NCBI RefSeq assembly: GCF_006345805.1
Contig: NC_042997.1
Span: 139,190,001 to 139,254,000, forward strand
Length of the DNA stretch: 64,000 bases
Direction of reading: 5' to 3'
From: Octopus sinensis
Taxonomy: Eukaryota
A program made the position numbers and the translations under genes. The stretch's first letter is position 1; the number at the start of each line of letters is the position of its first letter. Of the stretch, positions 37,397 to 51,770 are shown piece after piece. The notes beneath the pieces are model-generated. The model searched no databases and was not told the DNA's origin. It saw only the letters and a program-made list of their open reading frames with translations.

Positions 37397-38261
37397 CAGG
37401 GTGTCCCAAAAGTCACTGATGGGTGCCAACTTTTAGTAACTTCCTTAACCTTACAAATAAATTCTTGATATTTTGATACAACATAAAGGACATAATGGAA
37501 ATTAATATACATAAGTCAAATTTTGCACCACCACTACATCACATATGAAAAATGATATCGCTTAAATTGCAGCCATTCTCGCCTTCACACACCCATGCTC
37601 TTTCAAAAACTTGCACCATAATACCCTTGTGAATTTCAGACCCCACTTCTCTGATTTCTCTATTGATGTTCTCCTTCAGTTGCACCAGGGTCTCCGGCTT
37701 GTTACCGTAAACCCTCTCTTCCAGGTATCCCCACAAGAAAAAATCCAGGCTAGTTAAGTCTGGGGAACATGAAGGCCAGTTAACAATGACATAGCAGGAG
37801 ATTATTCTCTCTCCAAAGCACTGCCATAGAAACTGCATTGTTTCTCTTGCGGTATGAGCAGTTGCCCCACCTTACTGGAACCATGTGTTAGGTCTACTTT
37901 GACTGGCCGGGCGCAAAACGGTCTCAATCATGGATGCCTGAAAGAGGGGGTTTATGTCAACAAACCGGAGATCTTGGTGTAATTGAAGAACATCAATAGA
38001 TAAATCAAAGTAGTGGAGTCTGAAACTCGTGAGGGTGTTATGGTGCAAGTTCTGGAAAGCGCATGGATGTGCGAAGCCGAAAATGACTGACATTTAAGCG
38101 ATGTTATTTTCCATATGTGATGTAGTGGTGTTGCAAAATTTGACTTGTGCATATTAATTTCCATTATGTCCTTTATATTGTATCAAAATTTCATGCATTA
38201 TTTGCAAAGCTAAGGAGGTTATTAAAAATTGAAATCTATCAGTGACTTTTGGGACAACCTG
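37397..38261 (-). mobile_element. Internally deleted Tc1/mariner element of the DD41D (rosa-like) group with long TIRs
   Basis: TA-flanked. ~170-bp TIRs start cagggtgtcccaaaagtcactgat. Remnant WFQ*GGATAH..WPSCSPDLTSLDFFLWGYL has 41 residues between the mutated second and the third catalytic position. Confidence 0.85.
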
Positions 38262-40417
38262 TATGTATGTATGTATGTATGTATGTATGTATGTATGTAT
38301 GTATGTATGTATGCATGCATGTGTGTATGTGTGTATAGAGAGCGAGAAATGTCGAATTAGGGGAAAAACAAAGTGAGCTGAGGTTTGTGCCCAATTTCGG
38401 TTCCCACTTAGTATTATTAATTCATTCCATTCTCACAGTTAAAAGGCTTGGAAAGTGCATGAATATCTCAACATTATATTTCCAGGTCTACTAGAAATCT
38501 GAGCTCTAATTATTTTCTAAGAATCCATATAGTTGAGTGATGGACATAACTGGAATAGTTATAGGTCGAACTAAATATTTTAACGTGTTTAATTTCGTCA
38601 TTCTTGATCACGAATTCAAATCTCATAAACGTCAATAAAATACTGCATCACAGGTTTATCATTCAATAAGTGACTTCGTCAATGTTCAAACATCACAGAA
38701 ATCGACTTTACCAGGGTCTGTATGATATATACCTGCCAAATAACTGGATCGATTTAACAGAATAAGGAAATACGTAATGTTGAACCAGTGTTAAAAGCCA
38801 TTATCACAGTACATAAGGGCGGTGAATTGGTTTTTTACCTTTCTGGTTTCACATCTCACTAAAGTCAACTTTGCCTTTCATTACCAGCTCCTAAGGTCGA
38901 TAAAATAAGGTACCATTCAATTACTGAGGTCGGTGGTATTGGCTAAACCCCACCTATAAAAATTGTTGACTTACTGCCTAAATCCGAAATTAATATTACA
39001 ATACATAGTCGAGGGAAAGGAAGAGTCGTTAGAACACAAGACAAAATGCTTAACGGTATTTGTTCCGGTTCTCTCTGACGTGTTTAATTCCCGCTGAAGC
39101 CAACTTTGCTTTTCATCCTTTCAGCGTCGATAAAGTAAAGCAGCAATGCAGGCGATAGAGCGGGGTCATTGTTAGATTGCAGGACGAGATGCAGGACTTT
39201 AATTTGATTTTTATTATTTTTATTATTAATTTTGCGTTCTGAGTACTGAGTTCTTGAGTGGTACACTTAATCTGTCGTCCCGGTTTAATACCAACATCTG
39301 AACTTTTGGTGCTTCTAGCGGAGTTTATTCTGTTGCAGGCATTCGGGCACATTTCGATCTAACGGTAACCAATTCTGGAGAGAGACTAAAAACAAAATAA
39401 AATGTAAATAAAGAGTCATGAGCGCAGCCCTTCTAATTGTAACTAAGTTTCTTCAAAAACAGTTGAGTACTTCATTTAAAAATGTCATAAAAGCATTGAT
39501 ATACATCTTTAGGATAACACTCTTAGAATAGTATATATCTCACTTAACATAGATATTCTGTAGAAAGCCACAACACTCTAGTATCCGTCTTGAGAATGCG
39601 TCTCGTATAAACATTTAGCACTAAATAGCACAGGGATGTATTAGTAGCAGACAAAAAGTGTCCAGCAGCGGCAGAGAAATTGCTAAATTCGGATTTCTGC
39701 GTCTTTGCGCATCATCAGTAGCAAGTATCAACTAACAACCGCATAGTTAAACAAATGTTGCTTCTACTGAAATAGAAAAACAGTGATTAACAAATTCCGC
39801 CGAGAGCAACTTTATCTTTCATCTTTTCGTAATCGGTAAAAATAAAGCGCCAGTCAAGAAGAAGAAGAGTAGTGTCGATATAATCGATTACATAACCCAG
39901 CATCACACTGTGTGACTTTGTAACAAGGTTAGAAATCATAATAATAATTATAATACAGTATAGAGAAAAAGGCGTGGTAGAAGAGCCAGAAGTAGATTCC
40001 TGGCAAAGAGACACGACAACGCGGTTTCCATCACCTGTTGGAACTATTTTACTTTGCTGACGTCAGTTTGGGAAATGCGTAAACATAAAAGCTTCCCAAT
40101 TAAGAAAGAGAGAGAAATGGAAGATGGTGTGAGATGTAGCTTCAGAAACAGTAGAAAATCAACGCTTAAATATCCCTCCATATCAAAAGTAAAAAAAAAA
40201 AACACAGGACGTGGGAAGACTTCAAGAGTCTATTTTGGGCTTCTCGCCCCTTCGAACTCGATGAAATATCAACTGTTGTTGTTGTTGTTGTTGTTTATCT
40301 CTGCATCAGCTCTGATGAAGCTGATTGTATCTAAAACTACAGTCCAATGTGTACAACCGTATATATTTTTATACTGTCTACTTCGAACAAGATTTAAGGA
40401 AGATTTGGCTGTCTTTG

Positions 40418-40458
<41 letters not shown>

Positions 40459-40460
40459 TA

Positions 40461-40532
<72 letters not shown>

Positions 40533-40756
40533 GGTGTGTATATATATATGTATATATATGTATATATATATAGTGTAATATATATAGTGTGTATATATAT
40601 ATGATATATATGTATATATATATATTATATATATATATATAATATGTATGTATGATGTATGTATGTATATGTATGTATGTATGTATATGTATGTATGTAT
40701 ATGTAGGTATGTATGTATATATATGTATGTATGTATATATATGATATATATGTATA

Positions 40757-40821
<65 letters not shown>

Positions 40822-40823
<2 letters not shown>

Positions 40824-41120
40824 TCTCTTTTGGTGCTTATAATTTAACACACTAACCGGTAAAATTTCCACGTATTTCTTTTTTTATTTTTCTAAAATTT
40901 TCGTTGCGTCATGCAACCTTTTCAGTAGTTTTGACTCTATTGAAAAGGTTGCCAGAAGCAACGAAAAGTTTAGAAAAATAAAAAAGAAATAAGTGGAAAT
41001 TTTACCGGTTAGTGTGTTAAATTGTAAGGCACCAGAAGAGAATGACATTCCCCAAACACAACAGAATATGCTTCAACACACGAATTCACATAAAGAATCT
41101 TGCAAACCAGATCCAAAAAT
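40822..41120. mobile_element. Fold-back insert in (TA)n with degenerate hammerhead-like motif
   Basis: ~107-bp inverted arms 40822-40928 and 40937-41043, plus a unique tail to ~41120. + arm: tcta-TTGAAAA-g-gttgc-cagaa-gcaac-GAAA-agtt-taga. Confidence 0.6.
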
Positions 41121-41569
41121 TATATATATATATCATCCGTAAGTATTAATCCGAAAATAGATAACTTAGAGTGTCTGTGCATATGTGTGTGTGTGTGTGC
41201 ATGTCAAGAAAACAGGGATTTAAGAACTCCCTTACCAATGGTAATACCGTCATATACAGTCTTTTGCTTCTCTCTCTCTCTTCTCTCTTTCTTTCTTTTT
41301 TCTCTCACTCTACATACACGCATATATGTATATATATGTATGTATGTATATATGTGTGTGTGTTTGTGTCGTATGTGTGCATATATATATATACAAACAT
41401 ATATATATATATATATATATATGCATGTGTGTGTGTGTATATATATAAACATATGCATATACACATATACATATACATATACATATACACATATACATAT
41501 ATATATATGTATGTATATATAGATATGTATATATACATATTCATGCATATATACGTATACATATATATC

Positions 41570-41940
41570 TACTCTCTTTACCCTTTTACTTGTTTCAGTC
41601 ATTTGATAACAGCCACGCTGGAGCACCGCCTTTAGTCTAGCGAATCGATCCCGGGACTTATTCTTTGGAAGCCTAGTACTTATTCTATCGGTCTCTTTTG
41701 CCGAATCGCTAGGTGACGGGGACATAAACACACCAGCATCAGTTGTGAAACGCAGACACACAAACATACACACACACATAAATATACATATATACGACGG
41801 GCTTCTTTCAGTTTCCGTCTACCAAATCCACCCAGAAGGCTTTGGCCGGCCTGAGGCTATAATAGAAGACGCTTGTCCAAGGTGGCATGCAGGGGGACTG
41901 AACCCGGAACCATGTGGTTGGTATGCAAGCTACCTACCCA
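41570..41940 (-). mobile_element. Family A SINE
   Basis: Tail cttttacttgtttcagtca, body, internal CA/TA tract, head ..ggactgaacccggaaccatgtggttgg. Confidence 0.85.
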
Positions 41941-42033
41941 CACACACACACCACACACACACACATACGCACACACATATATATAACATACATACATACA
42001 ACATACATACATACATACATACATACATACATA

Positions 42034-42086
<53 letters not shown>

Positions 42087-42105
42087 GTATATCTATTATA
42101 TTATG

Positions 42106-42166
<61 letters not shown>

Positions 42167-42183
42167 GTAATATATTATATATG

Positions 42184-42215
<32 letters not shown>

Positions 42216-42218
42216 ATG

Positions 42219-42253
<35 letters not shown>

Positions 42254-42772
42254 GTATAATATATATATATATATATAATATATATATATATTATATTATA
42301 TATATATATATATGTGTGTTGTGTGTAATATAATATATAGAGATAGAGGGAGGAAAGAGAGAGAGAGAGGAGAGAGAGAGAGAAAATAACAAAATAAATA
42401 CTAAAAACTATAAGCAGGCAGACTTTTGTCTTATATTGAATTGTAAGTGGCAATATAGCGGTACAGACGAACAAATAGATATGTGTGCTGTACTAGCAAT
42501 GGCGAGAAGGCTGTAACTGCATTTCAATGCGTCTCTCTCTCTCTGTCTGACTGTATGTGGTATCTATCCAATACATTGTATGTCTTGTGCTCTTCATTGT
42601 GTTTGAAGCTGAAGTTTGCTTTCCTGTCTGTGCAGGAGTAATGCGTAAATGCGAGCGCGAATGCGAGTGAACGTAAGTGTGTGTTTTACCATCTTCGATG
42701 AATGCCGACCTTTCGCCCGTAGTGAGTGTGTTCGTCGTGTGTTTGCTCGGCGTGTGAGTCGCTAATACACAC

Positions 42773-42876
<104 letters not shown>

Positions 42877-42995
42877 ATATAGATATATATATCTACATAT
42901 ACATATATATATTATCTACATATATATATATATATACTATATAATATGTATAATATATTATATATATATATTATAATATATATAATATATACATA

Positions 42996-43029
<34 letters not shown>

Positions 43030-43133
43030 ATATATATACATATATATATAATATATATATTAACATATACATATATATAATATATATATACACTCTATAT
43101 AGATATTATATATATATAATATATATATATAAC

Positions 43134-43233
<100 letters not shown>

Positions 43234-43286
43234 ATATATATATAATATACATTATACATATATATATATATTATAATATATATATG

Positions 43287-43490
43287 TAGGTCCCGGGTTG
43301 ATTCGGGGTTAACCACAGTAAATAAGGTACTCAATACATAGCAGAGTAAAATTAATTTATTATATAGAAGGAGCTTCTACAGGACTAGAACTGTTTCATT
43401 CAGAGAAATCTTCAGGAAGCTTCCTGAAGATTTCTCTTGAATGAAACAGTTCTAGTCCTGTAGAAGCTCCTTCTATATAATAAGTAAATA
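43287..43490. mobile_element. Near-perfect 127-bp palindrome with hammerhead motif on both strands, plus unique extension
   Basis: Arms 43357-43419 and 43420-43483, centred on aagctt. + strand: agcttc-CTGAAGA-tttc-tctt-gaat-GAAA-cag-ttctagtc-ctg-TA-gaagct. Confidence 0.7.
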
Positions 43491-44389
43491 GATAGTATAT
43501 ATATAGATAGATAGAGATATAGAATATATAGATATATATATATATAGATATATATATATAATATATATAGATAGATAGATAGATAGATAGATAGATCGAT
43601 AGATAGATAGAGAGATATACAAATATACATTATATATATATATATTATATATACATATAGATATACATATATATATATATTATATATATATATATATATA
43701 GATATATGATGTGTTGCAGAGATGAGTATATGTTTGTGTGCGCAGTGTTGTGTTGTGTATGTGTGTGTATGTTATGTACAGGATGAGGGTGATGATGATG
43801 ATGAGGTGGAGGAGGAGGAGGGGAGGAGGGGGAGGTGGTAATGCAAACTAAAGGGCGATGGCGATTTTTTTTTTGGGGTTTTTTTGGTTTTTCTTTTTCG
43901 CCGACTGCATGCAAGCTGTAAATGAGATGCTTCACAGTTTTCAGAAACCTAGCAGTGGCTCGATGACGTCACTAGTTAAGGAGCACTTTTACTGCAAAGT
44001 CGAACGCAGCAGACAGAACAACTTGAAGGTGCTTTACCGCTAGGATAAGCAATTACATTTTTTTTACAACATGCATGCATATATACTCACACAAACGTAT
44101 ATACATACATACATATACACACATACATACATACATACATACATACATACATACATACATACATACATACATACCATACATACATACATAATACATGCAT
44201 GCATGCAATGCATACATACATACATTACAGAATACATACATACATACATACATACATGCATACATTCATACATACATGCATACATACGTACATTAGCATA
44301 CATTCATAGATACATACATACATACATATTGCATACATACGTACATGCATACATTCATACATACATACATACATACATACATATAGCTG

Positions 44390-44479
<90 letters not shown>

Positions 44480-44845
44480 CAAATGGATAGATGGCTGGAT
44501 AAATGAATATATATGTGTGTAGATAAACAGATGTATACATACATAAATAGATATAGATAGACAGATAGAGAGAGTGACAGACAGACAGACAGACAGATTG
44601 GTCGATTGATTGATTGTTAGATGGATAGGAAAAAGAGGACAGGTGGTGATTGCATGGATAGACATACAAATATATATATACACCTGAATCTAAACTTACA
44701 GACACATACATACATGGAAATCTATAAAGAAACACACATATACGCACGCGCGTATACACACAGAGACACGTATGTGTGTGTGTGTGTGGATTTATGTATG
44801 TATATATAGATGGATGGATGAATGGATGAAGAGATAGATGGATGG

Positions 44846-44979
<134 letters not shown>

Positions 44980-45837
44980 GCGCTTGAGTGTGTGTATGTG
45001 TGTGTGCCGGTTTTGAACTAAAATCGGTTGGGGTGTTTTCCTGTTTAATCGATTTATACTATTTCATTCATTCGATTATGGCCATGTTGGTACTACAGTG
45101 TCAAATGATATCAATGTCAGTGATTCACTTACAGGTGTGTGTGTGTGTATGTATATGAATTACGTTGTTGTTTTCGTTAAGGCCTGAAACATCGCTAATT
45201 GGACGAAACTATCATCAAAGACACCAATCCATAGTTATACCATCTCTGTTCATTGTTTGTACGCTTTTCTCTTAATCAGGAATAATGACTTCCCAGGCTT
45301 CTATCATCTAGTGCACTTCGGTTCATATTGAAAATGAAGCGTACAGACTTACATGATGACCTGGTGTGATTTGAGAGATATTTGTCTTCCAAAACTATCT
45401 GATCGAGTGATCACACTGTGGCTTCTTCATTGGCTCATGTTCAAGGTGTTATTGTTGCTGATATTGTTGAGCCCCAGAGGAACCGTGATTATACAAAACA
45501 AGGATCAATGACATTTCACCTTAATTGTTCCGATCATTAGAGGTATTTATGACCACATCATCTAAATGTACGTATTCCCCACTTAAAAAAAAATTTAGGG
45601 GAAAATTGGTGACTATTTTCAGCATGTCACAGATAGCGAGTCCTTAAGCTCTGATAGAATCGTCGAAATGCCATCGTGACATGCAGCATGTTTTGTACAC
45701 TTAAAACCGTACGGAATCCGCCTGTGTCCAAGACTGAATCACAATCGATTTCTTCCCGACAGAGATTGAGAGTAAAAAATAGGAAACAAAAGGAAACAAA
45801 AGATAATATATAATAATAATAATATAATAATAATAAT

Positions 45838-45876
<39 letters not shown>

Positions 45877-45900
45877 AATAATAATAATAATAATAATAAG

Positions 45901-46233
45901 GGTAAAGACCCCCTTCGGTCATGAATGACCATGGGGATTGCACCTAGAAAGTTACCCTCCTAGACACAAGTCCGGGCAAGGTTGTTTATGGAAGACCAGC
46001 AGTCGCCCATGCATACCAGCCTCCCCTCTCCACGCCACCAGTGTTATCCAAGGGAAAGACAAAGGTCGATACAGCTTGGCACCAGTGACGTCGCAACTCT
46101 TTTCTACAGCTGAGTGAACTGGAGCAACGTGAAATAAAGTGTCTTGCTCAAGAACACAACACGCAGCCCGGTCCGGGATTCGAGCTCACAACCTCACGAT
46201 CGTAAGCTCGACGCTCTAACCACTGAGCCATGC
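45901..46233 (-). mobile_element. Full-length tRNA-derived SINE family C
   Basis: Clear tRNA-like head cgcatggctcagtggttagagcgtcgagcttacgatcgtgaggttgtgagctcgaatcccggaccggg (A and B boxes), followed by body and gaagggggtctttaccc tail. Confidence 0.9.
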
Positions 46234-46284
46234 GAATAATAATAATAAGAAGAAGAAGAAGAGAAGAAGAAGAAGAAGAAGAAG

Positions 46285-46495
46285 AATTTCTACTAAAGGA
46301 ACAACCCTGAAATTTGGGAAGAAGGGACAAGTCGACTATATTGAGCCCAGTGCGTAACTGGTACTTAATTTATCGATTCCGAAAGGATGAAAGGCAAAGT
46401 CGACCTCGCCGGAATTTGAACTCGGTACGTAGCGGCAGAGGAAATACCGCTAAGCATTTCGCCCGATGTACTAACGATTCTGCCAGCTCACCGCC

Positions 46496-46497
<2 letters not shown>
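46285..46497 (-). mobile_element. Family-B SINE
   Basis: Complete head aaggcggtgagctggcagaatcgttag and central domain. Confidence 0.88.
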
Positions 46498-46555
<58 letters not shown>

Positions 46556-46560
46556 TAAAT

Positions 46561-47210
46561 CATATTATCTCTAGCTGCCCAGTCCTGGCTAAGAAGGAAT
46601 ATATTCACAGACATGACAGAGTTGGAACCTACATACATTGGAAGCTATGCCAACATTATGGAATAACAACAGAAAAAAGATGGTATAGGCACACACCAGA
46701 AAAGGTCACAGAAAACGAGAAAGCAGCCATACTCTGGGATATGCCGATACACACAGATAGAGAAATTAAGGCCAACAGACCAGATATAGTTGTCAGAGAT
46801 AATGAAAAAAAAAAAGCTTTCTAATTGATGTATCAATACCAGCAGATGACAACGTGTCTCTAAAAGAAATGGAGAAACTCTCAAAATACAAAGACCTGGA
46901 AATAGAGGTAACTAGAATGTGGAATCTGAAAACAGAAACAATTCCTATCATAGTAGGTGCATTAGGCATGATAAAAAAATATTCAGACAAATACATAACA
47001 AAAACACCAGGACTTACAAACACATATAACATACAGAAAATTGCACTACTAGGCACTGCACACATCCTACGCAGAACACTTTCCATACAATAACCATCAG
47101 AGCATCACAACAAATCACAGCACATACCCAAGGCACACAGAGCTGCGCTCGGTAGTGAAGTGAAAGCACGCTATAAAAATAAAACTACTGAATAAAAATA
47201 ATAATAATAA
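46561..47210 (+). mobile_element. 5'-truncated R4/Dong-type copy (RLE region + 3' UTR) between (TAA)n tracts
   Basis: HIISSCPVLAKKEYIHRHDRVG..ILWDMPIHTDREIKANRPDIVV, a frameshift in an A-run, then KYKDLEIE..PIIVGALG..GTAHILRRTLSIQ*. Confidence 0.9.
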
Positions 47211-47612
47211 AGTACCAGATAATTGACTTTACAGTCCCAAATGATGAAAAAATTAATATGAGAGGTATAGAAAAAATAGCAAAGTATCAGGACCTAGCTA
47301 TTCAATTACAGAGACTATGGAAAGTGCGGGTAAAATGTGTCCCAGTAGTTATAGGTACATTGGGAACTATCCCTAAATATCTGAACAGATGGATAGAGGA
47401 AATAGGCATAAGACCCAGTTTAGTACAGCTCCAGAAAACAGTGTTAACAGGGACAGTTAGGATACTTAAGAGGGTTCTTGGCATCTAAGGTTACTGGTTG
47501 CAAACCAATAGGAAGATTCTTGGCATCTAAGGCTACTTGTTGTAGCCCGATGTTAGGATTCTTTTCTTTTTCAACAGTCTAATCTGTTGAATGTATATGA
47601 AAATAATAATAA
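47211..47612 (+). mobile_element. Second, different 5'-truncated R4/Dong-type 3' end
   Basis: IDFTVP..EKIAKYQDLAIQLQRLWK..PVVIGTLG..GTVRILKRVLGI*, then 3' UTR and (TAA)n. Confidence 0.85.
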
Positions 47613-48128
47613 ATAAATAAATGAATAATTACAATGATAATGCAAAGGGGTCGAAGCCAGTACTGACTGGTGTTTTATTTGTAGATCAATAGGACAGAAA
47701 GACAATATTGACCTCGCTGGGATTTGAACTCATTGGAAAGATCCGATGTGCAACTAAGTCTGTCAAATCACCGCCTTAATTCCCTCTACCAGATCAACTA
47801 AAAGATCGGGGTCCAGTTATCAAAATGTTATTAAAAATACGCTAACCTGAAAAATATAGCTAAATTTGTTGAATGTAAATAAGCTTAAACTCTAAACTTT
47901 AACATCATATATATTTCTTTACTACCCACAAGGGGCTAAACATAGAGGGGACAGACAAACGGATTAAGTCGATTACATCGACCCCAGTGCGAAACTGGTA
48001 CTTTATTTATCGACCCCGAAAGGATGAAAGGCAAAGTCTACCGTGACGTCGTGCGATGCTGTGTTATATATATATGCACAAAAATGCACACACAAACACA
48101 CACACATATATGTATTATGTAATGTATG

Positions 48129-48162
<34 letters not shown>

Positions 48163-48192
48163 CTGAGAGAGGGAGAAAGATAGACAAATGAT

Positions 48193-48270
<78 letters not shown>

Positions 48271-48544
48271 TTAGAAATGGGAGCAGTATTAATACCGAAC
48301 AGCCATCTTTGTATCCTACTCAACGTGGATGAATTATTAGAATGCCGAATACTACGGTATTCACCTTCAGAGATCTCATAGAGATGCTAAGATCGTTAGC
48401 AGACGAGAACCGTACAGACCACTGAGGAAGCGCAGTACACTGAAATCACGTGATCTAGCAGTTTCAGCGTCCATTACATACTGTATAATCTGAGGATTAT
48501 TTAGCTGCCCTTTCTAAGAAGGTGTACTACCACTTACATACATA

Positions 48545-49636
48545 CAGGGGTTCGACAAAATAATGGAAACATCTTAAAATTTCAAACAAATTTATACTAA
48601 TATGAAGTAGGACCGCCTTTGGCAGTAATTACAGCTTGAATTCTACGAGGTATGGACTCGTACAAAGTTTGAATTGTTTCCGAAGGAATGTTTGTCCATT
48701 CTTCAACTAAAACGGTCTCCAATTCTTGTAGCGATGATGGTGGAGGATATCGACTCCTTACTTGTTTTTCTAAAATGCACCATAAATGTTCAATAATATT
48801 GAGATCTGGGGTGCCAGATAAGATGTTCAACTTCACTAGAATGTTCCTCGTGCCATTCAGTAGCAACTTTAGCTGTGTGAATTGGTACATTATCATCCTG
48901 AAAAATTGCGTTTTTCTCCGGAAACAGTTCTGCAACCATAGGATGAATTTGGTCAGATAAAATGCTTAAATAGTCTTGATTAATTCTGACATGAAGGAAA
49001 ACCATTATGCCGGCGGATTTCCAAGATATAGCCCCCACCCCACCCCAATCATCATAGATCCTCCTCCATGTTTCACAGTTGGAAGAAGGCAGTCTGGGTC
49101 AAATGCGTCTTTTGGCTGCCTCCACACGTATACTCGGCCGGTGGTCGGAAATAAGGTAAAGGATGACTTGTCCGAGAAAGTTACATTCTTACACTATTCT
49201 AGGGACCAATTCTATAGGGGTTTACTCCACTCTAAATGCTTTCTACAGCACCTGGCGAACAGTTTTTGTGGAAACTGGGTTCTCGAGGTGGTCATTAAGC
49301 TCTGCAGAAATTTTGGAAGCTGAACTTTTGTGATCCTTTCTAACAATTCGTAGAATAGTCCGACGGTCCCTATCTGAAAATTTTAGGTTTCTTCCGGAGT
49401 TTTGTTTCGACGAGAAGGTTTTTCCCTCTTTCTCAAAGACTGTCATTACTTTCAAGACATTACTTCTTAATACACCAAATATTTCGGCTGTTTTCGTTAC
49501 GCTAGCGCCTGCTATACGAGCACCAACAATTTGACCTCTTTGAAAGTCCGGTAGATCTATCATTTTAATGAATTTTAATTAACTTTTTCTGATGATATCT
49601 GAAAAGAAGCAGCAATTTTAGTAAAACATATTAAGC

Positions 49637-49694
<58 letters not shown>

Positions 49695-49794
49695 CAAAGA
49701 ACACAAAAATAAAAAAGTTTTTGATGGCTTTATAGACATTTCAAAATTATGATGCTAAGATGCTAGATGTTTCCATTATTTTGTCCAACCCCTG
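48545..49794 (-). mobile_element. Tc1-like (DD34E-type) DNA transposon, defective
   Basis: TA-flanked TIRs caggggttcgacaaaataatggaaacatc / gatgtttccattattttgtccaacccctg. Transposase pieces MIDLPDFQRGQIVGAR, FSDKSSF, FQDDNVPIH, PDLNIIEHLW in different frames. Confidence 0.92.
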
Positions 49795-50147
49795 TACATG
49801 TGTGTGTATATATATATACATACATAGACATATATATATATTCACACATATATATATGCATACATATATGTATGTGTGTATGCACACACACACACACGTA
49901 AGGCAACAGATAAACAGTTATGCAAATTCTGTAATTTGTAAGTGTAATCGTTGCAGGTCTATTTCTGTAGAAAATACTCTGCGTGGCATGTTGTTTTCTG
50001 TATTTAATGTAATGAACATGCCTTACTGGTGGTATTGGTAACCTCAATAAGGGCATCACAAAGTCACACTATTAAAAAGGGACTTCTGAAAACTTTCTTT
50101 GGTATGAAGCTCTCCATCTACCAGATCCAGAGCAATCGCGTCTGGAT

Positions 50148-50349
<202 letters not shown>

Positions 50350-50359
50350 CATGCATACA

Positions 50360-50393
<34 letters not shown>

Positions 50394-50452
50394 CATACAT
50401 ACATAGATGTGAGTTTTGATGGGGAATAGATAATAATAATAATAATAATAAT

Positions 50453-50655
50453 CCCTTCTACTATAGATACAAGGCCTGAAATTTTAGGGGAGAGGACTAG
50501 TCGATTTCATGGACTCTCGTGTTTCACTGGTACTTAATTCATAGAACTCGAAAGGATGAAAGGCAAAGTCCTCGGCGGAATTTGAACTCAGAACGTAAGA
50601 ACGGGTGAAAAGCCGCTAAGCATTTTGTACAGCGTGCTAACGATTCTGCCAGTTC
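50453..50655 (-). mobile_element. Family-B SINE
   Basis: Same head and central motifs, with the (ATT)n tail on the minus strand. Confidence 0.85.
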
Positions 50656-51469
50656 ACTGCGTAATACATGTAAAATATATATAAACGCGCATACTCGCTG
50701 GTATTTGAAACCACTTTCCGCCGTTTATGTGACTAAATAGTGGCCCATATATATACACATACATACATGCATACATATATTTATATAATGTGTGTGTGCG
50801 TGTGTCTGTGTGTGTGTGTGAAGTGCGTGCGTGAGTATTTTGGTGGATGGAAACACGCATTGATGGATGTCCATGACAGGAATACATCCGTCCCCACCAC
50901 TACCACCACCATTCCCCCCCACTGTCACATCAACCGATTTCTACTACCACGTATCGAATATTGACATCAGCTTGAATCCTTGCACATGCGCAATTCGTGT
51001 CTCACTTGTTTGGATCCAAAATCGATATCCAAATTCGATGCGCGCTGATACAAAAATGCCGGCGCGATGGCAGTAGTGAAGAAGATGGTGGCGGCAATGA
51101 TGGTGATGGTTATGTTATTGTTGTTGTTGTTGTTTTTGGTGGTGGTGGTGGTGGTGGTGGTAACGTTGGTAGTTGTATGGATGCATTGTAGGTTGTGAAT
51201 GCCGTATCGAAGACACACCCTACATAGTGGTCATTATGTTGATGCATCAACGTAGAGATCTGGGTGTGAATTCCTCAAAGATTTCACATTTTTATTCGCT
51301 ATCGTGAGCAGTATTCATTGTATTATTAGCGCATATCCCTTTGTTTAGAATGTAATCATACGGGCATTCAAACATCCATCCATTCATCTTTCCATCCGTA
51401 CCGACATACACATGTGTATACGTTCATACACACATACATACATACATACACATATACATGTACATATAT

Positions 51470-51770
51470 ATAGGAGTGGCTGTGTGGTAAGTAGATTGCT
51501 TACCAACCACATGATTCCCGATTCATTCCCACTGCTTGGCGCTTTGGGCAAGTGTCTTCTACTATAGCCTCGGGCCGACCAAAGTATATGTTTGAAAACT
51601 GATGCTGGTGTGTTTACGTCCCCGTAAATTAGCGGTTCGGCAAAAAGAGACCGATAGAATAAGTACTAAGCTTCCAAAGAATAAGTCCTGGGATCGATTT
51701 GCTTGACTAAATGCGGTGCTTCAGCATGGCCGCAGTCAAATGACTGAAACAAGTAAAAGAGTAAAAGAGA
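51470..51770 (+). mobile_element. Family A SINE with internal deletion
   Basis: aggagtggctgtgtggtaag head, tgggcaagtgtcttctactatagcc core, tail gaaacaagtaaaagagtaaaagag. Confidence 0.85.

Noticed and set aside
40303-40330. CTGATGA in a hairpin loop
   Set aside because: No downstream GAAA or stem III; it belongs to another degenerate dispersed repeat (cf. ~62417).
42636-42672. 37-nt micro-exon (tgcag|...|gtaagt)
   Set aside because: Good-looking splice signals, but stops in all three frames and no supporting exons.
46160-46233. tRNA gene
   Set aside because: The tRNA-like head lacks a proper acceptor stem and continues into a repeated SINE body.
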